This document shows positions 14,856 through 17,132 of a stretch of 17,132 nucleotides of DNA, piece by piece. How positions within the stretch are numbered: the first letter of the stretch is position 1; each line of letters opens with the position of its first letter. The stretch covers positions 1 through 17,132 of the forward strand of contig JBBIJD010000038.1 in NCBI GenBank assembly GCA_037446135.1, in the 5' to 3' direction. A program made the translations under genes and the position numbers. Source of the DNA: Candidatus Fraserbacteria bacterium (GTDB lineage: Bacteria > Bipolaricaulota > Bipolaricaulia > RBG-16-55-9 > JANLFV01). The notes under the pieces were generated by a model. The model was not told the DNA's origin and did no database searches. It saw nothing but the letters and a program-made list of their open reading frames with translations.

Positions 14856-15434
14856 ATGGCAAAGGTCCGGACTACCGATGTCGGAGGATTCTATCATTTC
14901 TACCCGAAGCTGGCGACGGTAGTGACCGTCCGAGCCGGCGAGAAGCGGAATGGGATGGCCGTGGCCTGGGGGAGCCCGATCTCCTTCGAGCCCCCGATCT
15001 ATGGGGTCTCCATCTCCTCCAAGCGCTATACCTATGGCTTGATCCTCGAGGCGAAGGAGTTCGTGGTGAACTTCCTCCCGATCGGGGCGAGGAGGCTCGT
15101 CGCCGCCTTTGGGAGGACGAGCGGCCGGGAGTTCGATAAGTTCGAGAAGTTCGGGGTCGAGGTCGAGGAGCCGCTCAAGCTCGGCTCACCGGTCCTTAAG
15201 GCGGCCTATGCCGCTTATGAATGCAAACTCCTCGACCACCGGACCTATGGTGATCATGACTGGTTCGTCGGGGAGGTCCTGGCCGTCCATTATGACAAGG
15301 GGGTCTTCTCCCCCGCGGGGGTCCTCGATCTGGAGAAGGTCGCCCCAGCGCTCTATCTGGGGAATGATCTCTACCTAGAGATCACAAAGAAGGCTATCTA
15401 CCACATCGGTCGGGAGGAAGTCCTCCAATCCTGA
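14856..15434 (+). CDS. Flavin reductase-like family protein (FMN-binding split barrel, flavoredoxin-like)
   Basis: YP....VVT, NGMAVAW..PIS.EPP, EFVVNF, G..SGR..DKF, ECK and GDHDWFVGEV. SD GAGGAGG; GTG 14850 is the alternative start. Confidence 0.93.
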   Translation: MAKVRTTDVGGFYHFYPKLATVVTVRAGEKRNGMAVAWGSPISFEPPIYGVSISSKRYTYGLILEAKEFVVNFLPIGARRLVAAFGRTSGREFDKFEKFGVEVEEPLKLGSPVLKAAYAAYECKLLDHRTYGDHDWFVGEVLAVHYDKGVFSPAGVLDLEKVAPALYLGNDLYLEITKKAIYHIGREEVLQS

Positions 15435-15446
15435 TCTGATGGCGTT

Positions 15447-15641
15447 ATGACTCTAGCGATCCTAGGACTGGTCTTGCTCCTCGCCCTGGGAGGGCTCCTC
15501 TGGCAGGCGATCTACCAGCGACGGGCCTATCGTGCGGGGAGACTCAACCGCTGTCCCCATTGTGGGCGATACTATAAGGGCAGCCCGAGCTACTGCCCCC
15601 ACTGCGGTGAGGTGGTAGCGAAGTGGTCCGGTCGGCGGTAG
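15447..15641 (+). CDS. Membrane-anchored zinc-ribbon microprotein, 64 aa
   Basis: N-terminal hydrophobic helix, basic stretch, then CPHCG-x9-CPHCG. Starts 12 nt after the flavin reductase stop. Confidence 0.8.
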   Translation: MTLAILGLVLLLALGGLLWQAIYQRRAYRAGRLNRCPHCGRYYKGSPSYCPHCGEVVAKWSGRR

Positions 15642-15644
15642 AGT

Positions 15645-17132
15645 TCACTCGTTGTGCGGGATCGCGATGGTGCTCCCGCCGATGAACTCCCGGATGACGG
15701 CGTCGCCGGGGATCAAATCAAGGTCTTCTAGTTGGGCTAGTGTCAGCCCCTCGATGGAATCGAGGAGCTTCTTGATCCGCTCATAGCGGATCCGGGCGTC
15801 GAGGAAGGAGGCATACTGTTCGAGATCTTCTCGTCTGGGCCAGAGGCTCTCCTCCCCGGAGAAGAAGGGCTTCAGGGCCGGGAGGTCGAAGGGCATCCCC
15901 CCGTTTATGATATGGTCCGCCAGGCCCTTGAGTGGGATGATCGAGAAGAGCTCGCCCGCCCGGACATAGTGCCAATGGAGGAGGGTGGCCAGCGGGGTAT
16001 GATTCCGGTGCCTTGCGTCTCGGAGCATCCGCCGAAGCAAGCGGACATCCTCGAACCTTGTGAGCCGCCGGCCGGTCCAGTCCCCCTCCAAAAGAGGGCG
16101 CATCACCTCCGGCTCATAGAGCGGGTTCATCGCCTCGATGTAGAGGCGGAACATCATCTTGGGATCGATCCCCTCGCTGATCGGGGGGTAGAAGCCGTGG
16201 AGGCAGTCGAGCAGAAGGATCTGGTCCGGCTCGCGCTTGACCGGTTTCGTCCCGATCTGCCGCCCTTCCTTAAAGCTGTAGACTGGCTTCTCGATCGTCT
16301 TCCCCTCGAGCAGCTCCTTCAAGTGCCGATTGAGGAGTTGGATGTCGATCGCCTCGGGGGTCTCATAGTTCCGGTCATTGATCCAGTCCGTGGGGTGCTC
16401 GATCAAGGGCCAGAAGTAATCGTCGAGGTTGAGCATGAGGAACCGGAGGCCGTGCCTCTCGAGCCGCTCAGCTAGCTTGATCGTAGAGGTCGTCTTCCCC
16501 GAGCTTGAGGGGCCGGAGATCCAGATCAGCTTGATCTCATCTCCGGCCTCGAGCCGCCGGAGGAGCTTCGCCGCGGCCTCATCCAGTGAGCTCTCATACT
16601 CGGCGATCGCGGCCTCGATCAGCCCCTTGAGCTGACCGGCGCGGACGAGCTCGTTTAAGCCCTCAACGGTCTCGCAGCCGTGGGCCCGGTTCCAGGCGAG
16701 GAGCTTCTCCATCTGCTCTTTGGGGTAGCCGCTCCCGACGAACTGCTCCTCAGTGATCGCCCCCTCGCGGACCCAGTGCCGCCCCCAGCGGTAGCAGGTG
16801 TAGGCGTCGGCGGTCACGGAGAAGCCGCTGCTGCGGAGGACATGGACCACGACATCTTGGATCTCCTCTACAGTGGGGGGAAAGTTGGCCACAAGGTGAT
16901 GCGGCTGGGCATTGAGGCAGACCACAACCATATCCGAGAGGAACTCCGCGATCCCTTCATCATCTTTCCCGGCGGCGAAGATCCGATCGTTGACCCCCTC
17001 GAGGTAATCCTGCTCGAATCCTCCGACCGATTTGGCCGCGCGGAGGATCGCCCGGACGATCCGCTCCTGGTCGAAGTTGACCAGGGCATGGTTCCGCTTC
17101 ATCACCTTCCCGATCTTGTTGACGACGGCCAT
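15645..17132 (-). CDS. ATP-cone domain fused to a uridine/nucleoside-kinase-family P-loop domain
   Basis: N-terminal VMKRNHALVNFDQERIVRAILRAA...VEEIQDVV..VL (ATP cone), Walker A GPSSSGKTT, LDDYF, YETPEAID, P.YSF..G, RLLRRMLRD...R and W..VRAGE...I.P. The ATG is at the window edge, so upstream context is not visible. Confidence 0.88.
   Translation of the reverse strand: MAVVNKIGKVMKRNHALVNFDQERIVRAILRAAKSVGGFEQDYLEGVNDRIFAAGKDDEGIAEFLSDMVVVCLNAQPHHLVANFPPTVEEIQDVVVHVLRSSGFSVTADAYTCYRWGRHWVREGAITEEQFVGSGYPKEQMEKLLAWNRAHGCETVEGLNELVRAGQLKGLIEAAIAEYESSLDEAAAKLLRRLEAGDEIKLIWISGPSSSGKTTSTIKLAERLERHGLRFLMLNLDDYFWPLIEHPTDWINDRNYETPEAIDIQLLNRHLKELLEGKTIEKPVYSFKEGRQIGTKPVKREPDQILLLDCLHGFYPPISEGIDPKMMFRLYIEAMNPLYEPEVMRPLLEGDWTGRRLTRFEDVRLLRRMLRDARHRNHTPLATLLHWHYVRAGELFSIIPLKGLADHIINGGMPFDLPALKPFFSGEESLWPRREDLEQYASFLDARIRYERIKKLLDSIEGLTLAQLEDLDLIPGDAVIREFIGGSTIAIPHNE

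Overview
High-GC bacterial chromosomal window (sampled coding lines about 60-72% GC) with no rRNA, tRNA, CRISPR array or transposase. Left to right it holds: (1) a minus-strand operon of hppA membrane pyrophosphatase (K+-dependent, Na+,H+-PPase signature), an alkaline-phosphatase-superfamily enzyme, an MBL-fold hydrolase and a small acidic protein cut by the window edge; (2) a divergent two-PKD lipoprotein behind tandem near-consensus sigma70 promoters; (3) a minus-strand operon of DUF763, a small coiled-coil protein and the AmrS radical SAM enzyme; (4) an accessory island with a palindrome-covered promoter, an AT-rich orphan ORF, a small antitoxin-like gene, an AbiEii/MenT-type nucleotidyltransferase toxin and a 202-nt self-complementary element; (5) a Glu/Asp-type polar amino-acid ABC transporter; (6) an ssb whose acidic C-terminal tip is replaced by an AT-rich C4 zinc ribbon, followed by a decayed AbrB-RelE-like toxin-antitoxin pair; (7) an SDR, a flavin reductase, a membrane zinc-ribbon microprotein and an ATP-cone/nucleoside-kinase fusion. 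The best novelty candidates are the toxin island with its structured downstream element, the SSB-zinc-ribbon fusion, and the extra membrane glutamate in the PPase. All family calls come from motif recognition by eye; no database searches or folding programs were run.
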